From positions 544,001-608,000 of the forward strand of contig JAHPZA010000006.1 in the NCBI GenBank assembly GCA_019058445.1: a stretch of 64,000 bases of DNA. The letters are read 5' to 3'. This stretch comes from Promethearchaeota archaeon (lineage in GTDB: Archaea > Asgardarchaeota > Lokiarchaeia > Sigyniarchaeales > SOKP01). Numbering within the stretch: the stretch's first letter is position 1; the number at the start of each line of letters is the position of its first letter. This document shows positions 1 through 9,785 of this stretch, piece after piece. The translations under genes and the position numbers were made by a program. Below the pieces are notes generated by a model, which did no database searches, had not been told where the DNA came from, and saw nothing but the letters and a program-made list of their open reading frames with translations.

Positions 1-1
1 T

Positions 2-3000
2 GATAATGCTCTTGAGGCTTTAAAGAATGCAATAAATATTAATCCAAATTATTCAATTGCTTGGAGAAATATCTGTAATATATATATTATTTTAGAAGAT
101 TATGAGAATTTGATTTATTCTTGTAATAAATATTTAGAAATCAACCCCAATGATGTTGAGATTTGGAATACGCTTGGGAGGGCATTTTATTTTAACTATT
201 ATTACGAAAAAGCAATAGATGCATATAAAAAAGCATTAGAACTCGCACCTATGGATGCTACATTATGGCAAAATCTTGCTTTAGCCTGTGGACACAAAGG
301 TTCGATTGAGGATGCCATAATTGCTTATAAAAAATCACTTGAAATTAACCCAAACGAAGCTGAAAATTGGTATAATCTTGGAGTAGCATACGGAATGATA
401 AACAACCTTGAGGATCAAGTACAGGCATATGCGAAAGCGCTGGAAATCTATCCGGATAATGCCAGTGCATGGTATAATTTAGGTAATACATATGGACGGA
501 TGGGTAAACATGATGAGGCAATAAATGCCTTAGAAAAAGCTATAAAGTTGAACCCTAATCATAATTATGCTTGGGTCAGCTTAGCTATAGCCTATGAAGG
601 AAAAAAAGAATATGATAAAGCAATTGAAGCTTATATAAAATCATTAGAACTTAGTCCAGACGAATATCGTGCGTGGAATGCTCTTGGTAAGCTCTACGAT
701 GAAATTGAAGAATATGATAAAGCAATTGAAGCGTATCAGAAGGCAAAAGATTTAAATGTGAATGATATTGATATTCTGAATAGCTTAGGTGTAAGTTATT
801 ATCAGAAAGATGATAATGATAATGCGATAAAGACATTTTTAAATATTTTAACCTTAGATGGTGAATATGATAGTGCATGGTATAATTTGGGATTGATCTA
901 TGAAGATTTAGAGGAATATGATAAAGCCCTTCAAGCTTATAAGAAAGCTTCTGAAATAGCACCAGATGATATTGATCATTGGAATAAGATTATTGAGATT
1001 ATAATCAAAAAAAATCTTCCAAGTGAAGTAATAGAAAAACTAAAACAAGAGATTGACGCTCAGAACGTTTCAGCAGCAATTGAATCATTAAGTTTATTGT
1101 TCGAACAGGGATATTTGAAAGAAGCACCAATTATCTTAAAAGATTCAGATTATTTTAAAACGAATCCTCAAGAGTATCTCAGATCTTTATTTCTAGATAA
1201 AGAAAAATATACCTTTTTAGTTGGTGCGGGGATCTCAATGAATCCCCCTACTAATCTGTCTTCAGCAATGGGATTTGTGGAAGGATTAATTAAAGTCTGT
1301 ACTCCTGAAAATGAAGCTAAAAACCTCCTTTCTTCAGAACTATTTAAATATGAGATGCTTATTGGCTTTGTAAAAGATATCATGGATAGAGAACTTACTT
1401 TAATGGATTATTTTGATTTAGCTACTGAACCCAATCTTATACATATGTTTTTAGCTCATGCTATTTTACAAGGTCATAACGTTCTTACTACTAATTTTGA
1501 TTATTGTATTGAAATAGCTCTTAAACGAATATTACCTAAGGAAAAACATTCAAATATTATTCCTATAATCTCTAAGAAACAATATTTAGATCATAGTAAT
1601 CCAAGAGAATTAATTGAAGCAGGAAAATATCCTATCTTGAAATTACATGGGTCTAAGAAAAATTTAATTTCTGGAGAGAATACATTTGATTCTCTTGTTA
1701 CTACAATTGCAGATCTGGGGATGGCTAGGGACAAAGGAGAGACTTTTGCAATTGAACCGTTCAAGAGCCCCGCAATAAATGCCACCATTAGAGAACAAAC
1801 ACTCGTGGTTCTTGGTTATTCCGGCAGTGATGATTTTGATATCATTCCTTTATTACAAGAAGTAACTAACCTAAAGAAATTGATATGGATTGATCACACT
1901 AATGAAGATGATATTAAAATTGAAATAATCACTAAAGATAGTCAGATGGGAAAAAAATTGTCGAAAGTAGAGACATTCCTTTCAGATATGAGTACCTATG
2001 TACCCTATGAAATAGTTAAAATTACTAGCCCAACTATATCCTTAACAGAAAATTATCTTTTTCCTCAGATTGTTCCAAATGTTTCATTGGAGGATAATAG
2101 AAAATTGTTGACTAAAAAAGCGCTCTCTTATCCAAGATTTGAAAAGTGGGTTGCTGATTTACCCGTTTTCAAAAAAATAAGTGAACTTGATAAACTATAC
2201 TTCGCATGTTATTTGTATTCGATGAAGAAAGATTTAAAATCAATGTTAAGATCCTCTGAAAAGGGCCTTCAAATAATAGAAAAAAAAGGAAAGAAAAAGA
2301 ATGACAAATTAAAATCAGTTTTTCTCACTTTTCTTGGACACGCCTATAAAGATCAAGGAAATCTTGATTTAGCATTTGAGAAATTTAAGGAAAGCCTCGA
2401 GATTGCTAAAAAGATTGGTGATATATACACAATACAAATACTTCTGAATCATATTGGTCAGGTTTTATTTGAAAAAGAGAAATATGATGAGGCTCTCACT
2501 TATTATGAGGATGCGAAAGATATATCCGATCAATTCAATGATCTTGAAGGAAAATTATGGGTTTTAACAAATTTCGGAATGATATATAATGCAAAGGGAG
2601 AATATGATAAATCACTGGAATCTTTCGAAGAAGCACTTGAGATTAGCGAACAAATTGGAGACCTTGACAAAAAAGGGACTATCTTAAACAATATTGCCTT
2701 TTTATATGAAATTAAAGGTCAATATGAAATTGCTATAGAAAAATTTGAATTAGCACTAAAGATTGATGAGAAACTTAACAATTTTCTAGGAATTTCAAAC
2801 ACTTTACATAACCTTGGAGGGGCTTATTATAAGGTTGGTAATCCTGAAAAAGCAATGGAAAAAATTAAAGCATCTCTTGAGATTCGAGAACAAATAGGAT
2901 ATCAAGAAGGTATAGCAACTTCATGCCAGTGGATTGGAGAATTGTTAGCTCAAAAAGATATTGAAGAAGCTATAAAATATGGGGAGAGAGCGGTAAAGAT

Positions 3001-3088
3001 ATATCAACAATTGGGCCTCAAGGAAGAGGAATCATCCTTGCGAAATTATATGAAGGACTGGGGAACTCAATCTAAATTATCACAGTGA
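2..3088 (+). CDS. TPR - SIR2-like - TPR protein (5' truncated by window edge)
   Basis: Frame is open from position 2. Many TPR repeats (AWYNLG, AIEAYxKA) flank a central SIR2_2-type domain with motifs FLVGAGIS, TTNFD, LKLHGS and VLGYSGSD. Confidence 0.85.
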   Translation, partial: DNALEALKNAININPNYSIAWRNICNIYIILEDYENLIYSCNKYLEINPNDVEIWNTLGRAFYFNYYYEKAIDAYKKALELAPMDATLWQNLALACGHKGSIEDAIIAYKKSLEINPNEAENWYNLGVAYGMINNLEDQVQAYAKALEIYPDNASAWYNLGNTYGRMGKHDEAINALEKAIKLNPNHNYAWVSLAIAYEGKKEYDKAIEAYIKSLELSPDEYRAWNALGKLYDEIEEYDKAIEAYQKAKDLNVNDIDILNSLGVSYYQKDDNDNAIKTFLNILTLDGEYDSAWYNLGLIYEDLEEYDKALQAYKKASEIAPDDIDHWNKIIEIIIKKNLPSEVIEKLKQEIDAQNVSAAIESLSLLFEQGYLKEAPIILKDSDYFKTNPQEYLRSLFLDKEKYTFLVGAGISMNPPTNLSSAMGFVEGLIKVCTPENEAKNLLSSELFKYEMLIGFVKDIMDRELTLMDYFDLATEPNLIHMFLAHAILQGHNVLTTNFDYCIEIALKRILPKEKHSNIIPIISKKQYLDHSNPRELIEAGKYPILKLHGSKKNLISGENTFDSLVTTIADLGMARDKGETFAIEPFKSPAINATIREQTLVVLGYSGSDDFDIIPLLQEVTNLKKLIWIDHTNEDDIKIEIITKDSQMGKKLSKVETFLSDMSTYVPYEIVKITSPTISLTENYLFPQIVPNVSLEDNRKLLTKKALSYPRFEKWVADLPVFKKISELDKLYFACYLYSMKKDLKSMLRSSEKGLQIIEKKGKKKNDKLKSVFLTFLGHAYKDQGNLDLAFEKFKESLEIAKKIGDIYTIQILLNHIGQVLFEKEKYDEALTYYEDAKDISDQFNDLEGKLWVLTNFGMIYNAKGEYDKSLESFEEALEISEQIGDLDKKGTILNNIAFLYEIKGQYEIAIEKFELALKIDEKLNNFLGISNTLHNLGGAYYKVGNPEKAMEKIKASLEIREQIGYQEGIATSCQWIGELLAQKDIEEAIKYGERAVKIYQQLGLKEEESSLRNYMKDWGTQSKLSQ

Positions 3089-3261
3089 ATTTTTGGTAAC
3101 TTATTTTCTTGGCACCAAATAACTCCTTTTTTAGTGAAGTTTATGAAAGTATCTTGAATTAAAATTGCTCCAATCTTTGTTTCAAATCTGATTTTTCATT
3201 TTTTGCATAATTACTTAATTTTTCTTGAATCTTGGAAATTTTATTAATTTATTCTAATTCT

Positions 3262-3318
3262 AATTTAATTTCTTTCAATCTCCCGTTGGATTCAGACTTG
3301 ATTTTTCCACCACTAAAA
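3262..3318. repeat. 57-bp direct repeat, copy 1 (orphan 3' end of the cupin gene)
   Basis: 55/57 identical to 4197-4253 by manual alignment. Confidence 0.9.
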
Positions 3319-3462
3319 ATCTCATATTTTTGAAAAAATATTGTATTTTAAGAATTGCAATGGTAATAGAATTTATACAATATTTCTATTTATTAGTCAC
3401 ACCTAAATACTTAAAAATGATCTTAAATTATGAATATTAAAACTATAATTTAATGAATATAT

Positions 3463-4203
3463 ATGACAATTAAAGAGAAAAATATCCATTATTTAAAGAA
3501 AAAACCAGAACTGATGGAAATTTTCAACAATTATTTGAAAATCTTTAAAGAAATCATAATTAAGGAATATGACCTTTCCATAGTAGAAGAACTTTTCATA
3601 AAAATGCGAAGTGAACATGAAATGTTTATTCATCAATTGCCATTTATCGGAAGAAGTAATGGTAACTTAAGTTTACTCTTTTTCGGGGTTTCCATGTTGG
3701 CAATTATGAATGTACTCAAAAAAGAAGGAATGGAAATTTATAAGATTGGCAAATCAATTTATGATTTCTACGAGTTACTGACCAATCCCGAAAATTCTTC
3801 CATGCTATCAAAAATACCAATTCTTAAAATGCAATTGTCAAAAGAATTAACTTTTAATAAAAAGGCTCAAGATGCTATAAAGATTTATGAAACGAAATCA
3901 CAATTACGACGATATAAAGGTGATTGGGTGGTTAAATATGTTGAAGGCACTAATAAAACGTTTGCTTGGGGTTATGATGTTTTTGAATGTGGGATTTGCA
4001 AATTTTTTAAACAGCAGAATGCAGAAGATTTGACTCCCTTTGTATGCTTGATCGACTATGCTTCAATCCGGTCTGCAGGATTCGGTTTCAATCGTACTCA
4101 AACATTATCGAACGGAGCTTCTTTATGTGATTTCCGTTATATTAAAGATGGGATTACTCCTCGAGGATGGCCCCCAGAAAATTTGCCGGAATTTTCAATT
4201 TAA
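3463..4203 (+). CDS. L-2-amino-thiazoline-4-carboxylic acid hydrolase family protein
   Basis: C-terminal motif ECGICKFF...CLIDY...RTQTLSNGASLCDFRY is typical of the family. Confidence 0.75.
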   Translation: MTIKEKNIHYLKKKPELMEIFNNYLKIFKEIIIKEYDLSIVEELFIKMRSEHEMFIHQLPFIGRSNGNLSLLFFGVSMLAIMNVLKKEGMEIYKIGKSIYDFYELLTNPENSSMLSKIPILKMQLSKELTFNKKAQDAIKIYETKSQLRRYKGDWVVKYVEGTNKTFAWGYDVFECGICKFFKQQNAEDLTPFVCLIDYASIRSAGFGFNRTQTLSNGASLCDFRYIKDGITPRGWPPENLPEFSI

Positions 4204-4253
4204 TTTCTTTCAATCTCCCGTTGGAATCAGACTTGTTTTTTCCACCACTAAAA
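4197..4253. repeat. 57-bp direct repeat, copy 2 (3' end of the intact cupin gene)
   Basis: Matches 3262-3318. Confidence 0.9.
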
Positions 4254-4581
4254 CTGATGTCCGAGAAGGTGCTCTTGTCCTATGCATTACCCCTCTTGGT
4301 ATCGTAAAACCTTGTTTTGGCATTAGTTCAATCAATTTATCTTCCAAATCAATTAATAATAATCCATCGATAACAAAAAAAAATTCATCTTCTTTCTCAT
4401 GTTTATGCCAATGAAATTCTCCTTCAATAACTGCCAATCTGATAACCGATTCATTAACATTACAAAGGGATATGTTTTGCCATTTTTTAGTAGTATCTTC
4501 TATCAATTTCGAGATATCAATAATTTCTAGAGGTTGATATTTTATTTCAAGATCAATTGAATATTTTTTATTGTTATTCAT
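4210..4581 (-). CDS. Cupin domain protein
   Basis: Cupin motifs GEFHWHKHEKEDEFF and IPRGVMHRT. Confidence 0.85.
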   Translation of the reverse strand: MNNNKKYSIDLEIKYQPLEIIDISKLIEDTTKKWQNISLCNVNESVIRLAVIEGEFHWHKHEKEDEFFFVIDGLLLIDLEDKLIELMPKQGFTIPRGVMHRTRAPSRTSVLVVEKTSLIPTGD

Positions 4582-4737
4582 TATTCATTCTCTTAAGTCA
4601 TTAGGATATTAAAATGCAAAATAACCTATATATAAATTAACCTCGAATTATTTAATATCTAATGAATTCTAATATTTCCAATTGAAGTTAATATATCTAA
4701 TAATTCATATATAGTATAAAAAGAAGGAAAAAATTCA

Positions 4738-6045
4738 ATGTCAAATAACCAAAAAATTGTTTTAATAGGTGCTGGGTCGCTTCAATTTGGATTGGGTACG
4801 TTAGGCAATATTTTAGAATCCAAAGTGCTGGAAGGATCTACTATTTGCTTACATGATATTAATGCTGAAAATTTAGCGTTAACGTATAAAGTATGCCAAT
4901 TGGCTATTAATAATAGGAAGTTAGATTTTACATTAGAGCATACAACAAATAGACCAGAAGCTCTAAAAAATGCTAACTTTATTATAAATGCTATAGAAAT
5001 CCCTCCGAGATTTAAATTATTAGATATGGATTATAGAGTTCCTCAAGAATTTGGTTGCAAACAAATTGCAGGAGAATGTGGCGGACCTGGAGCTTTATTT
5101 CATTCACTAAGAGTAATCCCTCCCATTTTAGATATTTGTGAAGATGTTCAAAAAATATGCCCTAACGCTTATTTTATTAACTTTTCAAATCCATTAAGCC
5201 ATATTTGTCTTGCAATTAAAAGAAAATATCCGTCTCTCAAACTTGTTGGACTTTGTCATGAATTTCAACATTTTATTGTATTGATAAGTAAGATGTTAGG
5301 AACTCCTTTATCAAATCTAGAAATTACCGGATATGGATTAAACCATTTTGGTAATCTTATAGATATTAAATATATTGATTCGGGTATAGATGCTTATCCA
5401 GAAGTTCGTAACACTGGTCCTGAATTCCTACGTAAATTGGTAGCTTATGATGGGTTTCAACTAATTGCTTTTCTTTTAGAAACCTATGGATATTGTCCTT
5501 ATACAACAGATACTCATTATGGAGAATTTCTTCCATGGGCATGGGAGTATGCGGATATTCCTGCTGCGCGTCATTTTCAGCGAACATATGAAGAATATCT
5601 GAACTTTGGTTTAAAAAAGATTAAAAGATTGATTGAAAGAGGAAAAGGAGATATGTTTGTGAAGCCCGATGAGGAGAGAGCAATTTCAATTATAGATGGG
5701 ATAATAACGAATTCAAATTATATTGAATCCTCTGTAAATATTCCGAATGATAGTATTATCACAAATTTATCCAAAGATGCGGTTGTAGAATGTCCGGCAA
5801 TTATTAATAAAGATGGTATAAAAGGGATTAAATTAGGAGAATATCCTAGAGGTATAGCGGCTTTATTGCGCACCCAATATTCAGTTCAAGATCTTGTAGT
5901 AGAAGCAATACTTAAGAAATCGAAGGAAATAGCACTTCAAGCATTGCTTGCTGATCCAGTTGTAGAAACTTATTGGCAAGCGGAACATATTTTGAATGAG
6001 ATGTTGCGTATTGAGGCGGAGTACTTCCAGATCGAGTTAGAATAA
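4738..6045 (+). CDS. Glycoside hydrolase family 4 (NAD-dependent alpha-glucosidase/galactosidase)
   Basis: Motifs IGAGS, GECGGPG, NFSNP, GLCH, GLNHF and ALLADPVV. Confidence 0.9.
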   Translation: MSNNQKIVLIGAGSLQFGLGTLGNILESKVLEGSTICLHDINAENLALTYKVCQLAINNRKLDFTLEHTTNRPEALKNANFIINAIEIPPRFKLLDMDYRVPQEFGCKQIAGECGGPGALFHSLRVIPPILDICEDVQKICPNAYFINFSNPLSHICLAIKRKYPSLKLVGLCHEFQHFIVLISKMLGTPLSNLEITGYGLNHFGNLIDIKYIDSGIDAYPEVRNTGPEFLRKLVAYDGFQLIAFLLETYGYCPYTTDTHYGEFLPWAWEYADIPAARHFQRTYEEYLNFGLKKIKRLIERGKGDMFVKPDEERAISIIDGIITNSNYIESSVNIPNDSIITNLSKDAVVECPAIINKDGIKGIKLGEYPRGIAALLRTQYSVQDLVVEAILKKSKEIALQALLADPVVETYWQAEHILNEMLRIEAEYFQIELE

Positions 6046-6061
6046 AATATATGAGTTATAA

Positions 6062-6180
6062 GATAAAATGATAGAACCTTCGAAACAAATTGAAAGTCTA
6101 TTTTAAATAAAATCGATGAGAATCCAACTTTAATGAAAGAAAAATATAACATCAAAATCGATAAAATTACACTCATTTAA
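6062..6180 (+). pseudogene. Relic C-terminus of a paralog of the Fe-S protein at 7021-8196
   Basis: DKMIEPSKQIES-(1-nt deletion)-ILNKIDENPTLMKEKYNIKIDKITLI* is collinear with HKIIDATKKIENYILKRVMDNPRILREKYTIKNGKFNQV*, with the same stop position. Confidence 0.7.
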
Positions 6181-6372
6181 TTCCCCTCTTTTCATCTTTA
6201 GAATGAGTTTTTAATCTATTAATTACTTATTTCAATTTCTATAATCTTATACTTTTTTATGGAAATTCGCAAATGGATAATAAGTACTAATTAAAGATTA
6301 TTATTAGGGTAACAAATATAAGTATAAATTATTTATGATTATCCTATCTTAATAAAAAATTTATCTAATAAA

Positions 6373-6882
6373 GTGATATGTATGAGTACACAATCAAAAT
6401 CTCAACAAAAAAAAAGTTCTAGCGACGATGGTGCTATGAACTTTGCTGAGTTTTTAGGAAAAATCGCATGGATCGTTGTGCTTATTGAAGGATTTATTTT
6501 CATTTTCTGGGGAATTTATTACTTGTACTGGGCTTCTGTAGCGACGCAGGTTGCTGAACAATATGGGGCATACAGCTATGTTGCAGCCGACATAGCATCT
6601 TTAACATTATACGGTGTGATGTACATTATAGGAGGAATATTAGGAATAATTTTCGCAGTTGCATTTGTAAAACCTCGATTTTCCAATAAATGGGCTGATA
6701 AAGATTATGATTATCTTTTGAATGATGTTGTCAAAATCGGGAGTGCGAGAATTCCGTTGTTTCTTATTATAGGAATAATCTTAGAAATATTTATGTCATG
6801 GTGGGGAGGTTTAATAATTATTGTACCTCTATTAATACTAATCTTTGCGGGACCAAAAGAGTATAAATGGACAGAAAAATAA
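6373..6882 (+). CDS. Hypothetical membrane protein
   Basis: Three to four hydrophobic segments; T-rich tract downstream. Confidence 0.7.
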   Translation: MICMSTQSKSQQKKSSSDDGAMNFAEFLGKIAWIVVLIEGFIFIFWGIYYLYWASVATQVAEQYGAYSYVAADIASLTLYGVMYIIGGILGIIFAVAFVKPRFSNKWADKDYDYLLNDVVKIGSARIPLFLIIGIILEIFMSWWGGLIIIVPLLILIFAGPKEYKWTEK

Positions 6883-7020
6883 AATATTCAAATTAAAAAT
6901 TTTCCCATACCTTTTTTTTTATTCTAATTTTTATTAATTAATTAAAAATTGTGGTCATTTTTCACTATTTTTTAAATTAGATTAAATTTTCAGAAAAATT
7001 AATAGGAATTTGTAGATATC

Positions 7021-8196
7021 ATGAAATTTAATGAAGCTACTTGTGAGGAATGTGGAGTATGTCTTGTTCAATGTCCTTTTTTAGAATTGTCAATTGACCA
7101 AGCCAAGGAAGAAATTTCACAGCTAATCAAATCAAGATCTTATAGAAAAATCATTAAAAATTGTGCAGGGTGTGCCTACTGCAATGTAATTTGCCCTACA
7201 CAATCAAATCCCTCAGAACTTATAAGAGAAATAAGATTAAAAGGCTTTCATGAAAGAGGGATCTCTAAATTAGCCCTTATTAATGAGGAAATACCAGATA
7301 ATCTTATGTATCTTTGTTTTGAGGCTCAAAATGAAGAAAAAAGGCGGGAAATAGAAAATTATAAAATACCATCAAAAAGTAATGAGATGTTTTACTTAGG
7401 TTGTGGTGTTCCGTATTTGTACCCAGACTTGGCTCAAACAAAATTGTTGGAAGATTTACCGAAATTAGGAGGATTAGAAAACTGCTGTAATGGATACGTT
7501 TACAATTTTTTTGGTGAGGAAGAGGCAAAAGTAAAAGGAACTGAATTTTTTGAGAGATTTAAAGCCCTCGATGTAAAAAAACTTATAACATTTTGTCCAG
7601 ACTGTGAAAAAATGATTAAAGGGGTTTATCCTGCAATTATCAATGGATTTAACATCGAAGGACAAAACATTGTTGAATATTTTATTGAAAAGTATCATAG
7701 AGGAGAATTAAATTTCAAAAATAAAATCAATCAGAGAGTAACATTTCAAGACCCTTGTCCCTGGAGAAGTTTAGACAAGAAGGTATATAATGGGCCTAGG
7801 GAATTTCTCGAAATCATCGGAGCAGAGGTCGTGGAAATGAAACACACAAAGGAAAAATCGTTATGTTGTGGAGCACCTATAGCTACGGTAAATAGAGATC
7901 TAGGGAAGAAAATATCAAAAATGAATATAGCCGAGGCAAAAAGCATTGACGCAGACGCAATTTCTTTTCTTTGCTCCGGTTGTCTTTTTAGACTCTCTCC
8001 ATTTGCTAAAAGAGCCGATATTGAACCATATTATATCACAGAATTAGCTCAAATGGCTATAGGAGAGAAACCTATTCACAAAATCATTGATGCTACAAAG
8101 AAAATTGAAAATTATATTCTTAAAAGAGTTATGGACAATCCTCGTATATTAAGAGAGAAATATACTATTAAAAATGGCAAATTCAATCAAGTGTAA
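7021..8196 (+). CDS. Fe-S oxidoreductase, HdrD/GlpC-like (CCG domains)
   Basis: Two CxxCxxCxxxCP ferredoxin motifs, plus CCNG, FQDPC and CCG motifs. Confidence 0.85.
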   Translation: MKFNEATCEECGVCLVQCPFLELSIDQAKEEISQLIKSRSYRKIIKNCAGCAYCNVICPTQSNPSELIREIRLKGFHERGISKLALINEEIPDNLMYLCFEAQNEEKRREIENYKIPSKSNEMFYLGCGVPYLYPDLAQTKLLEDLPKLGGLENCCNGYVYNFFGEEEAKVKGTEFFERFKALDVKKLITFCPDCEKMIKGVYPAIINGFNIEGQNIVEYFIEKYHRGELNFKNKINQRVTFQDPCPWRSLDKKVYNGPREFLEIIGAEVVEMKHTKEKSLCCGAPIATVNRDLGKKISKMNIAEAKSIDADAISFLCSGCLFRLSPFAKRADIEPYYITELAQMAIGEKPIHKIIDATKKIENYILKRVMDNPRILREKYTIKNGKFNQV

Positions 8197-8282
8197 ATTA
8201 AATATTTTCTTCTAATTTAGTTTTAATTATTTGAATTATTTTCTTCATTACAAAATTAAATTTTCTTTAAATAACAATATGA

Positions 8283-9581
8283 GTGAAGAAAATGGCAAAA
8301 TTTGAAACACAAGCAATAAATGATGAAATTTTAGAGAAGCTAAACCTCGAGAATCGATATAACTTCTTAAATACCTGTGTAAGACCCATGGTCTCTTCTG
8401 ATGAGATGAGTTTTCTTAAGCAAGTTGAAAAATTCTGTTTAAATTATGAAAATTCAAAAAATATCACTCATGGACCTGATGAGGATATTTATGAGTGGAT
8501 TTCCGATTTTGGCAAAGAAGGCTATATCTCTCGAGCACATAAATTTGAAGTGCTAGATTTGAACTATGATCCCTACGAATTAACAGCCGAGTTAATGAGA
8601 GCATTAGGGCTTTGCTTTTTTGATCCTCAAGTATTAATGATGTTTGGGGCAACAATATTAGCTATTAATCCACTTGAGGCACATCATGAAAATATACCCG
8701 TGCGGATAGGTGCTTTAAGAGATGTTGTAACCGGGAATTCTCCTGGATGTATCTTAATCACGGAACCTGAACGTGGTTCTGATGCGACTCATCAACTGAC
8801 TACCTGTGAAGAGCAATCAGATGGAAATTTTTTATTAAACGGAGATAAAATCTTTAACACTAATGCGCCTAAGTCAAAATGGGCTGTGGCATATGCAACC
8901 GCAGAAAAGAATGTTGGGAGCAAAATGGCCCAATTCTTAATTGATACTTCTTGGGATGGATGGAATTGTAAGCGGGTCTATATTCCCTGGGCACCTAAGT
9001 TATATATCGGGAGTGAAAAACTAGAAAACTTGCGAGTACCTAAAGAATATGTGTTAGGGGGCATTGGTAAAGGTAGAGATCATCTTTTTGAAGGATTAGT
9101 GGTTGAGAGAATTATGATAGCTACGCAAAACATCTGCGAAGCTTGGAATAGCATAGTTCATGCTGGGATCTACTCGAACATGAGAAAACAATTTGACCAA
9201 CCAATTATGCGATTTCAGGGTGTAGGAATGCTTCTTGCCGAATTATTTGCGAGAACACAAACGATAACTTATGGATTATTGAAATTTTGCGTTGATTATG
9301 ATAAACTAGCAGAAAAATACGGAGGGGAACATTCTATTCCTCCAAATATCAGTAGGACATTAGTAGCTATTGCAAGTCAATTTAAGTATGCTTGCGCAGA
9401 TTTAAGTAAAAATGTTTGTTATGAAGCTGGCAATCTTATGGGGGGCGCAGGTCTTTGTGATAACACATTGATGCATGATCTTATTAATATTTCAAGGATA
9501 CAAGAGATCGTAGGCGGATCTCGTCAGATTCAACTCTACATCATTGCGAATGCATTAAGCTCAGTTTTTAAAACATTATAG
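8283..9581 (+). CDS. Acyl-CoA dehydrogenase
   Basis: Motifs ITEPERGSDA, LNGDKIFNTN, RKQFDQPI, MGGAG and IVGGS. Confidence 0.9.
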   Translation: MKKMAKFETQAINDEILEKLNLENRYNFLNTCVRPMVSSDEMSFLKQVEKFCLNYENSKNITHGPDEDIYEWISDFGKEGYISRAHKFEVLDLNYDPYELTAELMRALGLCFFDPQVLMMFGATILAINPLEAHHENIPVRIGALRDVVTGNSPGCILITEPERGSDATHQLTTCEEQSDGNFLLNGDKIFNTNAPKSKWAVAYATAEKNVGSKMAQFLIDTSWDGWNCKRVYIPWAPKLYIGSEKLENLRVPKEYVLGGIGKGRDHLFEGLVVERIMIATQNICEAWNSIVHAGIYSNMRKQFDQPIMRFQGVGMLLAELFARTQTITYGLLKFCVDYDKLAEKYGGEHSIPPNISRTLVAIASQFKYACADLSKNVCYEAGNLMGGAGLCDNTLMHDLINISRIQEIVGGSRQIQLYIIANALSSVFKTL

Positions 9582-9785
9582 CTCAAAGTATTTTTTTTCT
9601 ATTTTTTTATTATAAATAAAATTATACAATTTTTACACACAAAAATTTAACCTAAAACGTAAATTTAGATTAAAAGCAAATTTTAAGGTTGTTCTATCTT
9701 AGTAGAATTTTGAAATTGACATAAAAATAAATATAAATTCTTTTATATTAATTTCAGAATTATTTTTTGGGGTATAAGTATAGGT

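Noticed and set aside
3089-3260. Possible gene remnant on the minus strand
   Set aside because: Only short open stretches; no recognisable homology by eye.
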